From positions 28,805-92,804 of the forward strand of contig JBGPFC010000015.1 of NCBI GenBank assembly GCA_041483195.1: a stretch of DNA of 64,000 nucleotides. The letters are read 5' to 3'. This DNA is from Candidatus Eiseniibacteriota bacterium. GTDB taxonomy: Bacteria; Eisenbacteria; RBG-16-71-46. Below are positions 31,325-41,234 of this stretch, piece after piece. The notes under the pieces are model-generated. The model made no database searches. It saw only the letters and a program-made list of their open reading frames with translations, and was not told the DNA's origin. How positions within the stretch are numbered: position 1 is the stretch's first letter; the number at the start of each line of letters is the position of its first letter. The position numbers were made by a program, and so were the translations under genes.

Positions 31325-32056
31325 CTGACCGCAGAGTTCTCCAACGTCTACGACGATCGGGCTCGGGCGAGGGCCTATGCCGAGCTCGAATTCCCCGGGA
31401 CGTACTACCTGGCGTACCGGGATCTGCCCGCGATCATCGGCGAGCACGTGCGAGGCCGGGCGGCCCTCGACTTCGGGTGCGGGGCCGGCCGCTCGACGCG
31501 GTTCCTGCGCGCGCTCGGCTTCGACCCCGTGGGCGTCGACATCTCCGAGCACATGCTCGAGCTGGCCCGCGAGCGCGACCCGGAAGGAGACTATCGTCTC
31601 GTGCCGGACGGCGACCTGGGCGGGGTCGCCGCGGACGCCTATGATCTCGTCCTGTCCGCGTTCACCTTCGACAATGTCCCCACGATGGGAAAGAAGATCG
31701 CGCTGTTGAACTCCCTGAAGCGGGTGCTGAAGGGCGGAGGGTGCATCGTCAATCTCGTGTCGGCCCCCGAGATCTACCTCAACGAGTGGGCCTCGTTCTC
31801 GACGAAGGACTATCCTCAAAACCGGACCGCGCGCAGCGGGGATAAAGTCCTGATCGTCATGCTCGACGTCGCCGATCGGCGACCCGTCGAAGACATCCTC
31901 TGCACGGACCACGACTATCAGGAAGCCTACGAGCGCGCGGGGCTGGTTCCGATCAGGACCTACCGGCCCCTGGCGAAGCTCGCCGAAGGACACTCGTGGG
32001 TGAGCGAGACCACGATCGCCCCCTGGGTGGTCTACGTGCTGGGGCGCGCGGAATAG
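31325..32056 (+). CDS. Class I SAM-dependent methyltransferase, probable CTG start
   Basis: LDFGCGAG, GVDIS; frame open from 31283, AAGGAG 6 nt before CTG 31325; ORF track starts at GTG 31448. Confidence 0.8.
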   Translation: MTAEFSNVYDDRARARAYAELEFPGTYYLAYRDLPAIIGEHVRGRAALDFGCGAGRSTRFLRALGFDPVGVDISEHMLELARERDPEGDYRLVPDGDLGGVAADAYDLVLSAFTFDNVPTMGKKIALLNSLKRVLKGGGCIVNLVSAPEIYLNEWASFSTKDYPQNRTARSGDKVLIVMLDVADRRPVEDILCTDHDYQEAYERAGLVPIRTYRPLAKLAEGHSWVSETTIAPWVVYVLGRAE

Positions 32057-32103
32057 AGCGGGCACCACCTGGATCGCGGGCGGCCGCGGGCGAGGAGTCT
32101 TCG

Positions 32104-32628
32104 ATGACGATCTCGGTCTTTGTCGGCACCAGCCTCGACGGCTTCATCGCGCGACCGAACGGCGATTTCGACTTTCTCCCGGCGGGCGGCGGCGAGCCTC
32201 ACGGCTACGACGAGTTCATCGCGAGCGTCGATGCGATCGTGATGGGTCGCAAGACCTACGAGACGGCTCTGACCTTCGGGGCCTGGCCGTACGGCGCGAA
32301 GCGCGTCGTGGTGCTGAGCCGCCGCCCGGTCGACCTGACCGCGGCCGCCTCGGGCGTCGTCGAACAGATGGCTGGGCCCCCGGCCGAGATCGTCGCGCGG
32401 CTCGCCGCGAGCGGCGCCCGCCACCTCTACGTCGACGGCGGGAACACGATTCAGGGGTTCCTGCGCGCGGGGCTCATCCAGCGTCTCATCATCACTCGCG
32501 TGCCGGTGCTCATCGGCGAGGGAATTCCGCTGTTCGGCGCCCTGGCGCGCGACGTGCGCCTCCGCCATGTGGCGACTCGGCACTATCCGAGCGGCCTGGT
32601 TCAGAGCGAGTACCGGATCGACGCCTGA
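32104..32628 (+). CDS. Dihydrofolate reductase/RibD C-terminal domain protein
   Basis: SLDGFIA, MGRKTYE, YVDGG, PVLIGEGIPLF. Confidence 0.88.
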   Translation: MTISVFVGTSLDGFIARPNGDFDFLPAGGGEPHGYDEFIASVDAIVMGRKTYETALTFGAWPYGAKRVVVLSRRPVDLTAAASGVVEQMAGPPAEIVARLAASGARHLYVDGGNTIQGFLRAGLIQRLIITRVPVLIGEGIPLFGALARDVRLRHVATRHYPSGLVQSEYRIDA

Positions 32629-32746
32629 CCTTCGCCCGGAAGCGTCGCGGAACATGATCGCGGCGGGCCGCGGAGCCGGAGCCCCGCGATGCCCGCCGCG
32701 CGCGACGCACCTCGACGCGGGCCGCTCCGCGGCCCGCGCCCGGGCG

Positions 32747-33880
32747 CTATTCGAGGACGTGGATGTTCTTCTTCGCGCAGATCTCCTTGAGCGGGTCCGG
32801 CCACATGGTGACGCTCACCTCGCCCAGGTGCGCCTTGCGCAGCAGGAGCATGGTGGTGCGTGACTGACCGATGCCGCCTCCGATCGACAGCGGAATCTGA
32901 TCGTTGAGGATGGCCTGGTGGTAGGGCAGCTTGAGGAAGTCGAGCTGGTTGCTGATCTGCAGCTGTTGCCTGAGCGTTTCTTTCGTGACGCGAATCCCCA
33001 TCGACGTCAGCTCGTGACGCCGCCTGGTGATCGGGTTCCACACCAGGATGTCGCCGTTCAGGCCGTGCATGGGGCGGCCGTCTTCCGAAACGGTGGGCGT
33101 GACCCAATCGTCGTAGTCGGCGGCGCGCATCTCGTGCGGGTAGCCGTCCTTCAGCACCCAGCCGATGCCGATGATGAAGATCGCCGCGTGTTTCTCCGAC
33201 AGCACCCGGGTCTCGCGCTGCTTGCGCGGCAGGTCGGGGTACATGTCGAGCAGGTCCTCGGCGTGGATGAAAGTGAGCTCGTCCGGGAGGTTCGGGATCT
33301 TCGGGTCCTTGAGCCTGGGGAACTCCGCCTGGATGAACGTCTCGGCGCCCTTGATCACGCGCCAGATGCGGCGGACGGTGTCCCTGAGCGTGGCGAGCGT
33401 GCGCTCCTGCGCGGTGCAGACCTTCTCCCAATCCCACTGGTCCACGTAGGCGCTGTGGTCGTGGTCGAGGAAATAGTCCTTGCGCACGGCGCGCATGTCG
33501 GTGCAGATGCCCTCGCCCACGTTGCAATTGAACTGGCGAAGGGCGAGCCGCTTCCACTTGGTGGCGGCCTGCACGACCTGGCCGTTCAGGCGCCTGTCGA
33601 GCCCGAGTCCGCATGGGAACTCGATCGGCGTGCGCGAACCGTCACGGTCGAGGTAGTCGTTGACGCCGCTCTCGCGAGTGACGATGAGCGGCACCTCCAC
33701 CGGGAACAGCTTCAGCTCCCGGCATAGCCCGTCCATGATGAAGCGCTTGAGCGCGAACAGCGCGTGCTGCGTCTCCTTCGGATCCAGCAGCGTCTTGTAA
33801 TCGCCCGGCAGGATGCGATCGACCTCCGGGTAGGTGCTGATTCCGGGACCCGCAAGATCGGCCTGTTTGGTCGTACCCAT
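32747..33880 (-). CDS. asnA: Aspartate-ammonia ligase (asparagine synthetase A)
   Basis: TKWKRLAL, HSAYVDQWDWE, RAADYDDW, LNGDIL, IGGGIGQSR; GGAGG RBS. Confidence 0.95.
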   Translation of the reverse strand: MGTTKQADLAGPGISTYPEVDRILPGDYKTLLDPKETQHALFALKRFIMDGLCRELKLFPVEVPLIVTRESGVNDYLDRDGSRTPIEFPCGLGLDRRLNGQVVQAATKWKRLALRQFNCNVGEGICTDMRAVRKDYFLDHDHSAYVDQWDWEKVCTAQERTLATLRDTVRRIWRVIKGAETFIQAEFPRLKDPKIPNLPDELTFIHAEDLLDMYPDLPRKQRETRVLSEKHAAIFIIGIGWVLKDGYPHEMRAADYDDWVTPTVSEDGRPMHGLNGDILVWNPITRRRHELTSMGIRVTKETLRQQLQISNQLDFLKLPYHQAILNDQIPLSIGGGIGQSRTTMLLLRKAHLGEVSVTMWPDPLKEICAKKNIHVLE

Positions 33881-33964
33881 GGGAACCTCCGTTCGGAGAC
33901 CGGCCGCCGGGCGCCATCTGCGCGTCCTGCGCGGCGCCATCGGCGCCGGACCCGTCAACCGCCA

Positions 33965-33980
33965 CGCATCAGCCGTGCCC
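33965..33980 (-). promoter_or_regulatory. Sigma54-like promoter upstream of asnA
   Basis: Minus strand GGGCACGGCTGATGCG with GG-N10-GC spacing. Confidence 0.4.
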
Positions 33981-34256
33981 GCGGTCCCTTCGCACCCATC
34001 CGACCACTCGATCGATACCTGTCCATGCGCCGCAAGGGTTAGCGCGAACGGATCGGCGCGCGCTTCGCCGGGAGCGCGCGCCGCGCATGCCAACTTGGCC
34101 GGGTGTCCTGCCAGCGTGGGGCCGGCGGAAGGTGGAAGGATCCGGAAACCGGCACGGACGGTGTCGTGGTAGAGTCGCGCGCGCCGCATCGCGAACGGCT
34201 GGACGCGTCACCGTGAAGAGCTCCGGGGATGCGCGGCAACCATGGAGGCGCAGGCG

Positions 34257-34397
34257 ATGATACTGACGATGCAGACCACGCTGGGCAGAGTCTTCACCGT
34301 GTACGCCATCTTCTGGGTGGTCGCGCTGATCGTGCTGTTCTTCGCGATCGGGGCGCTCACCCGGCGCGGGGAACGCGGGTCCGGCGGATCCCACTGA
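34257..34397 (+). CDS. Small (46 aa) single-pass membrane protein
   Basis: GGAGG RBS; MILTMQTTLGRVFTVYAIFWVVALIVLFFAIGALTRRGERGSGGSH; GC3-rich codons. Confidence 0.6.
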   Translation: MILTMQTTLGRVFTVYAIFWVVALIVLFFAIGALTRRGERGSGGSH

Positions 34398-34484
34398 TAC
34401 CCTGCCGGCCCGCGCGCGCGGGCTGCGCTCCGTGCGGTCCCGGCTGCGCCGGGCGGTGCCGTTCCCGGGCGAGATAAACCCACA

Positions 34485-34512
34485 TCAAGCGGCCGGCTCC
34501 GGTGGACGATAA
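34485..34512 (+). promoter_or_regulatory. Sigma28-like promoter
   Basis: TCAAG-N15-GACGATAA upstream of GAF gene. Confidence 0.5.
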
Positions 34513-34565
34513 CGGGACGAGCGCGTGTCAGAGCGGCCCGCGTCATTCCATCGGGAACGTCCGGC

Positions 34566-35366
34566 ATGTCCTCTCACTTCCAGACCCTCGATCGCCAGCG
34601 CAGCCGCCTGCTGTGGCTGGGCGGCATCCTGCTGACCGCCATGTGCGCTGCCCTCGTGCTCGTGACCTGGAGCGGGGACGCGGCTTCGCTCGAGTTCGAT
34701 CTCGGACACCGCTGGCCAACGCTGGTCGGCCTCGCCGGGATGGTGTTGCTGTTCGTGTTCTACGCGCAGCACAAGCATCGCCAGCTGGCGGCGACCGAAG
34801 CCCGGATGCGCGATCTCGCCGTGCGCGAGGCGAGCATGGAGGCGCGTTTCTCCGAGATGTCCTTCCTGTTCGACCTCAGTACCCAGCTCCAACTGCGCCT
34901 CGACCTGCAGGAGATGCTCGACCTCGCCGTTCAGCGACTGATTCCGTGCCTCGATGCGCACCAGTCGTCCATCATGTTGTTCAACGAGGCGGAAGGCATC
35001 CTCGAGGTGAAGGCGGCCGCCGGCGCGGACCTCGACCGCGTGCAGGGCGCCAGGTGTGCGCCTACCGCCGGCATCGCCGGACACGCGTTCACCAGCGGCG
35101 AGTCGCTCATTCTCACGCCCGAAGTGATGCGCGGCCGCTTCCCGCAGGAGACCAAGCAGGGTCGCGTCATCTCGAGCGCGCTGTGCGTCCCGCTGCGCTT
35201 TCGCGGGATGCCGATCGGCGTGGTCAGCGTGAGCCGCGCGAGCGGGGAGCCCTTCGGGCCGATGCACATGAAGGTCCTCGAGGCTTTCGCGGATCACTGC
35301 GCCGCGACCGTGGTGAAGACCAACCACCACCACGCGCTGCTCCAGCACGTCCAGCACGCCGCCTAG
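34566..35366 (+). CDS. Membrane-anchored GAF domain protein without output domain
   Basis: Two TMs, coiled coil, SSIMLF...GIAGHAF...SALCVPL...IGVVSV...EAFADH. Confidence 0.8.
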   Translation: MSSHFQTLDRQRSRLLWLGGILLTAMCAALVLVTWSGDAASLEFDLGHRWPTLVGLAGMVLLFVFYAQHKHRQLAATEARMRDLAVREASMEARFSEMSFLFDLSTQLQLRLDLQEMLDLAVQRLIPCLDAHQSSIMLFNEAEGILEVKAAAGADLDRVQGARCAPTAGIAGHAFTSGESLILTPEVMRGRFPQETKQGRVISSALCVPLRFRGMPIGVVSVSRASGEPFGPMHMKVLEAFADHCAATVVKTNHHHALLQHVQHAA

Positions 35367-35501
35367 CGGCGAACGCGCGCGCCGCGCGCCTCTGGTAGAA
35401 TCGTAGCCGCAATCCCTCGTCCGAAGGTTCAATCGGCGAATGCGGCGCGTGATGCGCGCCGTGTACGATTCCACCCCCGCTCCGCACCGAGGCCCGACTC
35501 C

Positions 35502-37394
35502 ATGCCGCGTTCGCTCGCCCGCCTCGCGCTCGCCGCGGCGCTCGCCGTCGCCGCAGTGCCCGGACGGGCCGCGCCCGTCCCGCTCGCGGGGGGGAGCGGG
35601 CTGGCCGCGAAGCTCGGGCCATCGCTCGCACGCCGCGTCGTGGACCGGCCCGATGAGCCGGTCGCGGCCTGGGTGTACTTCACCGATCGGGCGGGGCTCG
35701 AGCACGATCCGTCCGCGCTCGCGGCGGCGGGGCGCGCGCTTTCGCCGCGCGCGTCCGCGCGCCGTGCGGCGCGCGGCGCGCCCGCCGGCATGATGGCCTC
35801 GGATCTTCCGGTGCACGCGTCCTACGTTGACGCGCTGATCTCCCGCGGCGCGCGGTTGCGCGGCACGAGCCGCTGGCTCGACGCGGCGAGCGTCGAGATG
35901 CCCGCGCGGCTGGCCGTGGATCTCGCACGCCTGCCGTTCGTCGCGCGCGTCGAGCTGGTGCCGCTCGCGCGCCCCATCACCCGGGTGGACGCCCCGGAGC
36001 CCGCGGCGATCGGCGGCCCGGCGGGCACGGAGCCGAATGCGGGAGGGCGCGGCGGCGCGCGCGCGACGGCCACGATGTCCGCCCCTGGCGATACCGCGTA
36101 CTACGGCGGATCCTTCCGGCAGAACGCCATGATGCAGGTGCCGCAGCTCCACGCGCTGGGCCTCTCGGGCGCGGGAGTCCTGGTGTGCATGCTCGACGAC
36201 GGCTTCACGCTCACGCACGCCGCGTTCGCGGGGCTGAACGTGATCGCGAGCCGCGACTTCATCAACGGCGACACGAACGTCGGCTTCGATCCCGCGCAGG
36301 ACGCCCCCGGACAGGGCGAGCACGGCACGATGACGCTGGGCTGCGTGGCCGCCTCCAGGCCAGGCACCTATACCGGCGCGGCGTTCGCAGCTGCGGTGGC
36401 GCTCGGGAAGACCGAGAACGATCCGACCGAGACCCCCGCGGAGATGGACTACTGGCAGTTCGGCGCGGAGTGGGCCGATAGTCTCGGCGCGGACGTCATC
36501 TCGTCGAGCCTCGGCTACTCGGACTTCGACAACCCCCTCGACTCCTACACCTACGCCGACATGGACGGGCGCACGACCGTGGTGACGCTCGCCGCCGTGG
36601 AGGCCGCGAGGCGCGGCATCACGGTGGTGAATGCCGCCGGAAACGAAGCCGCCCTGCCGTGGCACTACATCATCGCGCCGGCCGATGCCGACAGCATCGT
36701 CAGCGTCGGCGCCGTGGACTCGTTCAACGTCGTCACCTCGTTTTCCTCGCGCGGACCGACGGCCGACGGCCGCATCAAGCCCGACGTGACCGCCGACGGG
36801 CGCCGGGTGCTGCTGGTCTCGCCCACCGACAACAGCAGCTACGTGCGCGCGAGCGGCACGTCGTTCGCGACGCCGCTCACGGCGGGGGTGGTCGCGCTGC
36901 TGCTCGAGGCGCATCCGGGGTGGGGGCCGTTCGAAGTCCGCGAGGCGCTGCGCGGGACCGCGCTCAATCACGCCGCGCCCGACAACGACATCGGATGGGG
37001 CCTGGTGCAGGGCCTCGCCGCTCGTGCGTGGGTGCCGAGCAACGTGGACGTCGCGCCCGCGCCGCTCGCCGCGCCGGGAGTCGAGCTGGCGGCCGGTCCC
37101 AACCCGGTGCGATCGGGGGCGGGCACCCTCGTGTGGTTCGCCGCGCCGCACGCGGCCCGGGCCACGCTCGACGTGCTGGATCTGGCGGGCCGGCGGCGCG
37201 CGCGGCTGTTCGACGGCCCCGCCGTCTCGCGGCAGACGCTGTTCTGGAGCGGAGCTGGCGAGGACGGCGATCGACTGCCCGCCGGGGTTTACTGGCTGCG
37301 CCTCGAGACGCGCGGCGGCGAAGGAGTCGCGGCGCGCTCCACCGCGGCGGCGCCACCGCGGGCGCGCGCCCTCCGCGTGGTCGTGCTGCCCTAG
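35502..37394 (+). CDS. Secreted S8 serine peptidase with C-terminal FlgD-Ig/T9SS-like domain
   Basis: MLDDG, HGTMTLG, GTSFATP, SSRGPTADGRIKPD; GPNP...AGVYWLRL. Confidence 0.9.
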   Translation: MPRSLARLALAAALAVAAVPGRAAPVPLAGGSGLAAKLGPSLARRVVDRPDEPVAAWVYFTDRAGLEHDPSALAAAGRALSPRASARRAARGAPAGMMASDLPVHASYVDALISRGARLRGTSRWLDAASVEMPARLAVDLARLPFVARVELVPLARPITRVDAPEPAAIGGPAGTEPNAGGRGGARATATMSAPGDTAYYGGSFRQNAMMQVPQLHALGLSGAGVLVCMLDDGFTLTHAAFAGLNVIASRDFINGDTNVGFDPAQDAPGQGEHGTMTLGCVAASRPGTYTGAAFAAAVALGKTENDPTETPAEMDYWQFGAEWADSLGADVISSSLGYSDFDNPLDSYTYADMDGRTTVVTLAAVEAARRGITVVNAAGNEAALPWHYIIAPADADSIVSVGAVDSFNVVTSFSSRGPTADGRIKPDVTADGRRVLLVSPTDNSSYVRASGTSFATPLTAGVVALLLEAHPGWGPFEVREALRGTALNHAAPDNDIGWGLVQGLAARAWVPSNVDVAPAPLAAPGVELAAGPNPVRSGAGTLVWFAAPHAARATLDVLDLAGRRRARLFDGPAVSRQTLFWSGAGEDGDRLPAGVYWLRLETRGGEGVAARSTAAAPPRARALRVVVLP

Positions 37395-37407
37395 CGCGAC
37401 CTGCGGC

Positions 37408-38631
37408 TCAGGCGCCCCCGACCAGTCTCACGGTGTCGCGCGCGATCAGCAGCTCCTCGTTGGTGGGAATCACCAGCGCTCGCACGCGCGCGCCGGGGGC
37501 CGAGATGTCGCCCTCGCTGGCAACGGTCCCCGCGTTGGCGGCCGCGTCCAGCTCGATCCCCGCGTACTGGAGCCCATCGAGCGCTCGCGCGCGGATCGAT
37601 GGCGCGTTCTCGCCGATCCCGGCGGTGAAGATCACGGCGTCCGCGCCGCCCAGCACCCCGAGGTAGGCGGCGACGTACTTGCGCACGCGATAGCAGAACA
37701 TGTCGATCGCGAGGCGCGCTCGCTCGTTCCCCTTCGCCTCCTCCGCGAGCAATTCGGCCATGTCGTTCGAGATGCCCGAGACGCCGTAGAGCCCAGAGTG
37801 CTTGTTCAGCATGGTCGACGCCTGATGCTCGGTGAGATCCTCCTTGTGCATGACGTGGAAGAGCAGCGCCGGGTCGAGGTCGCCAGAGCGCGTTCCCATC
37901 ATGAGCCCCTCGAGCGGCGTGAATCCCATCGAGGTGTCCACCGATCGCCCGCGGTCGACGGCGCACACGCTCGCCCCGTTGCCGAGGTGGCAGCTCACGA
38001 GCCGCAGCGCCTCGCGCGGCCGGCCGAGCAGCGCCGGCGCCCGCCATGTCACGTACCGGTGCGACGTGCCGTGGAACCCGTAACGCCGGATGTGATGGCG
38101 CGTGTAGAGCACGTGCGGGAGGCCGTAGAGGTAGGCGTGCGGCGGCATGGTCTGGTGAAACGCCGTGTCGAACACCGCGGCGTGCGGCACGTGCGGAAGC
38201 ACCTCGCGCGCCGCGCGGTAACCGCTCAGGTTGTGGGGATTGTGGAGCGGAGCGAGCTCGACGCATGCCTCGATCGCGCGCTCCACCTCGGGGGTGATGA
38301 GCGCCGAACGGGCGAAGTGCTCGCCGCCGTGCACCACCCGGTGTCCGACCGCCTCGATCGCGCCCCGGGGGGCGATCGAGGCGGTCGCCTGCCCCTCGAG
38401 CACGCGGATGATCTCCGCGATCGCGACCCGGTGCTCGAGGATCTCGGAGACGCGCGTGACCGGCTCGCCCGCCGCGGGAACGCAGCGGTGGATCGCGCCG
38501 GCGGTGCCGATCCGCTCCACCGCTCCGCGCGCGAGCGTCGTGTCGGAGTCGCTCGCGATCGCCTCGAGGCTGGTCTCGATCAGCTGGTACTTGACCGAGG
38601 ACGAGCCGCAGTTGAGCACCAGCACCTTCAC
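37408..38631 (-). CDS. ackA: Acetate kinase
   Basis: VLNCGSSSVKY, GHRVVHGG, APLHNP, YGFHGTSH, HLGNGAS, FTAGIGEN, PTNEEL; GTG start overlaps upstream stop. Confidence 0.95.
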   Translation of the reverse strand: MKVLVLNCGSSSVKYQLIETSLEAIASDSDTTLARGAVERIGTAGAIHRCVPAAGEPVTRVSEILEHRVAIAEIIRVLEGQATASIAPRGAIEAVGHRVVHGGEHFARSALITPEVERAIEACVELAPLHNPHNLSGYRAAREVLPHVPHAAVFDTAFHQTMPPHAYLYGLPHVLYTRHHIRRYGFHGTSHRYVTWRAPALLGRPREALRLVSCHLGNGASVCAVDRGRSVDTSMGFTPLEGLMMGTRSGDLDPALLFHVMHKEDLTEHQASTMLNKHSGLYGVSGISNDMAELLAEEAKGNERARLAIDMFCYRVRKYVAAYLGVLGGADAVIFTAGIGENAPSIRARALDGLQYAGIELDAAANAGTVASEGDISAPGARVRALVIPTNEELLIARDTVRLVGGA

Positions 38632-39521
38632 GCGGCGCCCTCCGGCGGGGGCGCTTCGATCCGCTCGTTCCCGCGGTAGCGGAAGAAACCGCGCCCGGTC
38701 TTCCGCCCCAGGCGCCCGGCGCGGACCATCTGCCGCAGCAGCGGGCAGGGCCGGTACTTCATGTCGCCGGTCTCGCGGAACAGGTGCTCCATCCACCCCA
38801 GCACCTTGTCGAGTCCGACGCGGTCGGAGTATTCGAGCGGCCCGCTGCGAAACTCGTACCCGAGGCGGATCGCGGTGTCCACGTCCTCGGCGGTGGCCAC
38901 GCCTTCCATCACGATCTGCATCGCCTCGTTGAGGAATGGCATCATCGCCCGGGTCACGACGTAGCCCGGGGACTCGAAGACGGTGATCGGCGTCTTCCCG
39001 AGCGCGTGGGCGAGGGCGAGGGCGGTCGCGTACGTGGCGTCCGAGGTCTCTGCGCCGCGCACCACCTCGACGATCGGGCTGCGGGTGACTGGGAACATGA
39101 AGTGCATGCCGATCACCCGGCCGGGCCGCCCGGAGGCCGTCGCGATCTCGGTCACGCTCAGCGTCGAGGTGTTCGTGATCACGACGCGCTCGGGAGCGCA
39201 GAGCGCGCCGAGCCTGCGCATGACGTCGCGCTTCGCCTCGAGGTCCTCGTCGATGGTCTCGATCACCAGATCGGCCGCGGCCAGCGCTTCGAGCTCCGCG
39301 AGGAACCTCACCCGCCCCAGCACCAGCTGCTTCTCGGCCTCGGTGATGCCCCACTTCGCGAGGTCCTGATCCAGGCTCGCGACCAGCTCGCCGCGCGCGG
39401 AGGCCGCACGCTCGGCGGACCGCTCGGCGATCACCACCTCGATGCCGTGGGTCGCGAGGGTCTCGGCGATGGAGCGTCCCATGTGGCCGCCGCCCACCAT
39501 CCCGATCAGCTTGAACTCCAT
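38628..39521 (-). CDS. 3-hydroxyacyl/3-hydroxybutyryl-CoA dehydrogenase family protein
   Basis: GGGHMG, EDLEAK, NTSTL, GMHFMFPV, EDVDTA, GRKTGRGF. Confidence 0.85.
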   Translation of the reverse strand: MEFKLIGMVGGGHMGRSIAETLATHGIEVVIAERSAERAASARGELVASLDQDLAKWGITEAEKQLVLGRVRFLAELEALAAADLVIETIDEDLEAKRDVMRRLGALCAPERVVITNTSTLSVTEIATASGRPGRVIGMHFMFPVTRSPIVEVVRGAETSDATYATALALAHALGKTPITVFESPGYVVTRAMMPFLNEAMQIVMEGVATAEDVDTAIRLGYEFRSGPLEYSDRVGLDKVLGWMEHLFRETGDMKYRPCPLLRQMVRAGRLGRKTGRGFFRYRGNERIEAPPPEGAA

Positions 39522-39760
39522 GCGCACCCCCCGCGACATCCGGAATCGCGGCCCGCGGGCGCGGACCCCGCCTTGTGGATGACACGGGATGATTACCACC
39601 GGAGCGGGCGCTCGCACCACCCGGCCGGCCCCGCGCGGGGCCGGCCCGGCGCGCCGGGCTCGCGATTCCCGCTTGCCAGCCGTCGCGAGTTGGGACAACA
39701 TGCGCGGCCGCGTTCCATCCGGCCGAACCCGCCCCACCCCAATCCATGCAAGGAGAGAAC

Positions 39761-41185
39761 ATGGCCCCCCTTTCGTTCAAGACGATGGATGGTGGCAGTG
39801 TCACGATCGGCTCGCCGGCCGCCGAGGCGTTCGCCTCGCGCTTCGACGGGCGCTGCATCGCGCCCGGCGATGCGAGCTACGACCAGGTGCGGGCCATCTG
39901 GAACGCGATGATCGATCGCAGGCCCGGTCTCATCGCGCGCTGCCTGAGCGCCGACGACGTGGCCGCAGCCGTGCGTTTCGCGGGCGAGCATCGGCTGCTG
40001 GTGGCGGTGCGTGGCGCCGGGCACAACATCGCGGGCAACGCGGTGTGCGACGGCGGCCTGATGATCGATCTGTCGCTCATGAAGCGCGTGACGGTGGACG
40101 CCGCGAAGCGCTCCGCGCGCGTGGAGCCGGGCGTGACGCTCGGAGAATTCGACGCGGCGGCGCAGGCGTTCGGCCTCGCGACCCCGGTCGGCATCAATTC
40201 GACCACCGGCATCGCGGGTCTCACGCTGGGCGGCGGGTTCGGGTGGCTCAGCCGCACGTATGGCCTCGCGGTCGACAATCTGACGGGCGCGGATGTCGTG
40301 ACGGCGGCGGGGGAGCGCGTGCGTGCCAGCGCCGACAGTCACCCCGACCTGTTCTGGGGCATCCGCGGGGGCGGGGGAAACTTCGGCGTCGTGACCTCGT
40401 TCGACTTCAAGCTTCACGCGGTGGGGCCGCAGGTGCTGGCCGGCCTGATCGTCCACCCGTTCTCGGATGCGCCGGGGCTGCTGCGCCAGTATCGGTCGCT
40501 GGCCGCGCAGGCGCCCGACGGTCTGACGGTGTGGGTCGTGCTCCGCAAGGCGCCGCCGCTCCCGTTCCTGCCCGAGAGCGTTCACGGCAAGGAGGTCCTG
40601 GTGTTCGCCATGCTCTACGCCGGTTCGATCGAAGCGGGCGAGGCCGCGGCGAAACCGTTCCGCGCGCTCGGCAAGCCGATCGCCGACGTGGTCGGGCCGC
40701 ATCCCTACGTCGGGTTCCAGGCTGCGTTCGATCCGTTGCTCACGCCCGGCCTGCGGAACTACTGGAAGTCGCACAATTTTTCGGAGCTGAGCGACGGGGC
40801 GATCGACACCATCGTCAACTTCGTAGGGCGGCTCCCCTCGCCGCACTCCGAGGTGTTCATCGGGCAGCTCGGAGGCGCCGCGGGCCGGGTGCCCGCGAGC
40901 GCGACAGCTTACCCGCACCGGGACGCCGCGTTCGTGATGAACGTTCACACGCGCTGGGAGCAGAAGGCAGACGATGCTCGGTCGATCGCCTGGGCCCGCG
41001 AGCTGTTCGGCGCGATGCGCCCGTTCGCGACCGGCGGCGTGTACGTGAACTTCATGCCAGAAGACGAGGGCGACCGCGTGCGCGCAGCATACGGAGCCAA
41101 CTACGAGCGGCTGGCCGCGCTCAAGCAGCGCTACGACCCGGACAATCGCTTCCGCCTGAACCAGAACATCCGGGCCGGAGCCTGA
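39761..41185 (+). CDS. FAD-binding oxidoreductase (BBE/6-HDNO-like)
   Basis: RGAGHN, GLTLGGG, RGGGGNFGVVT, YVNF, YDPDNRF. Confidence 0.9.
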   Translation: MAPLSFKTMDGGSVTIGSPAAEAFASRFDGRCIAPGDASYDQVRAIWNAMIDRRPGLIARCLSADDVAAAVRFAGEHRLLVAVRGAGHNIAGNAVCDGGLMIDLSLMKRVTVDAAKRSARVEPGVTLGEFDAAAQAFGLATPVGINSTTGIAGLTLGGGFGWLSRTYGLAVDNLTGADVVTAAGERVRASADSHPDLFWGIRGGGGNFGVVTSFDFKLHAVGPQVLAGLIVHPFSDAPGLLRQYRSLAAQAPDGLTVWVVLRKAPPLPFLPESVHGKEVLVFAMLYAGSIEAGEAAAKPFRALGKPIADVVGPHPYVGFQAAFDPLLTPGLRNYWKSHNFSELSDGAIDTIVNFVGRLPSPHSEVFIGQLGGAAGRVPASATAYPHRDAAFVMNVHTRWEQKADDARSIAWARELFGAMRPFATGGVYVNFMPEDEGDRVRAAYGANYERLAALKQRYDPDNRFRLNQNIRAGA

Positions 41186-41234
41186 TCGCTCGCCGCGCGC
41201 GGCGCCGGCCCGTGCCGGATGCCGCGCGCGGCGC

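Noticed and set aside
33881..34240. Riboswitch in the long asnA leader (also checked gltA, amt and proS leaders)
   Set aside because: Only generic GC hairpins and no recognisable aptamer motif by eye; an Rfam/Infernal scan would be decisive.
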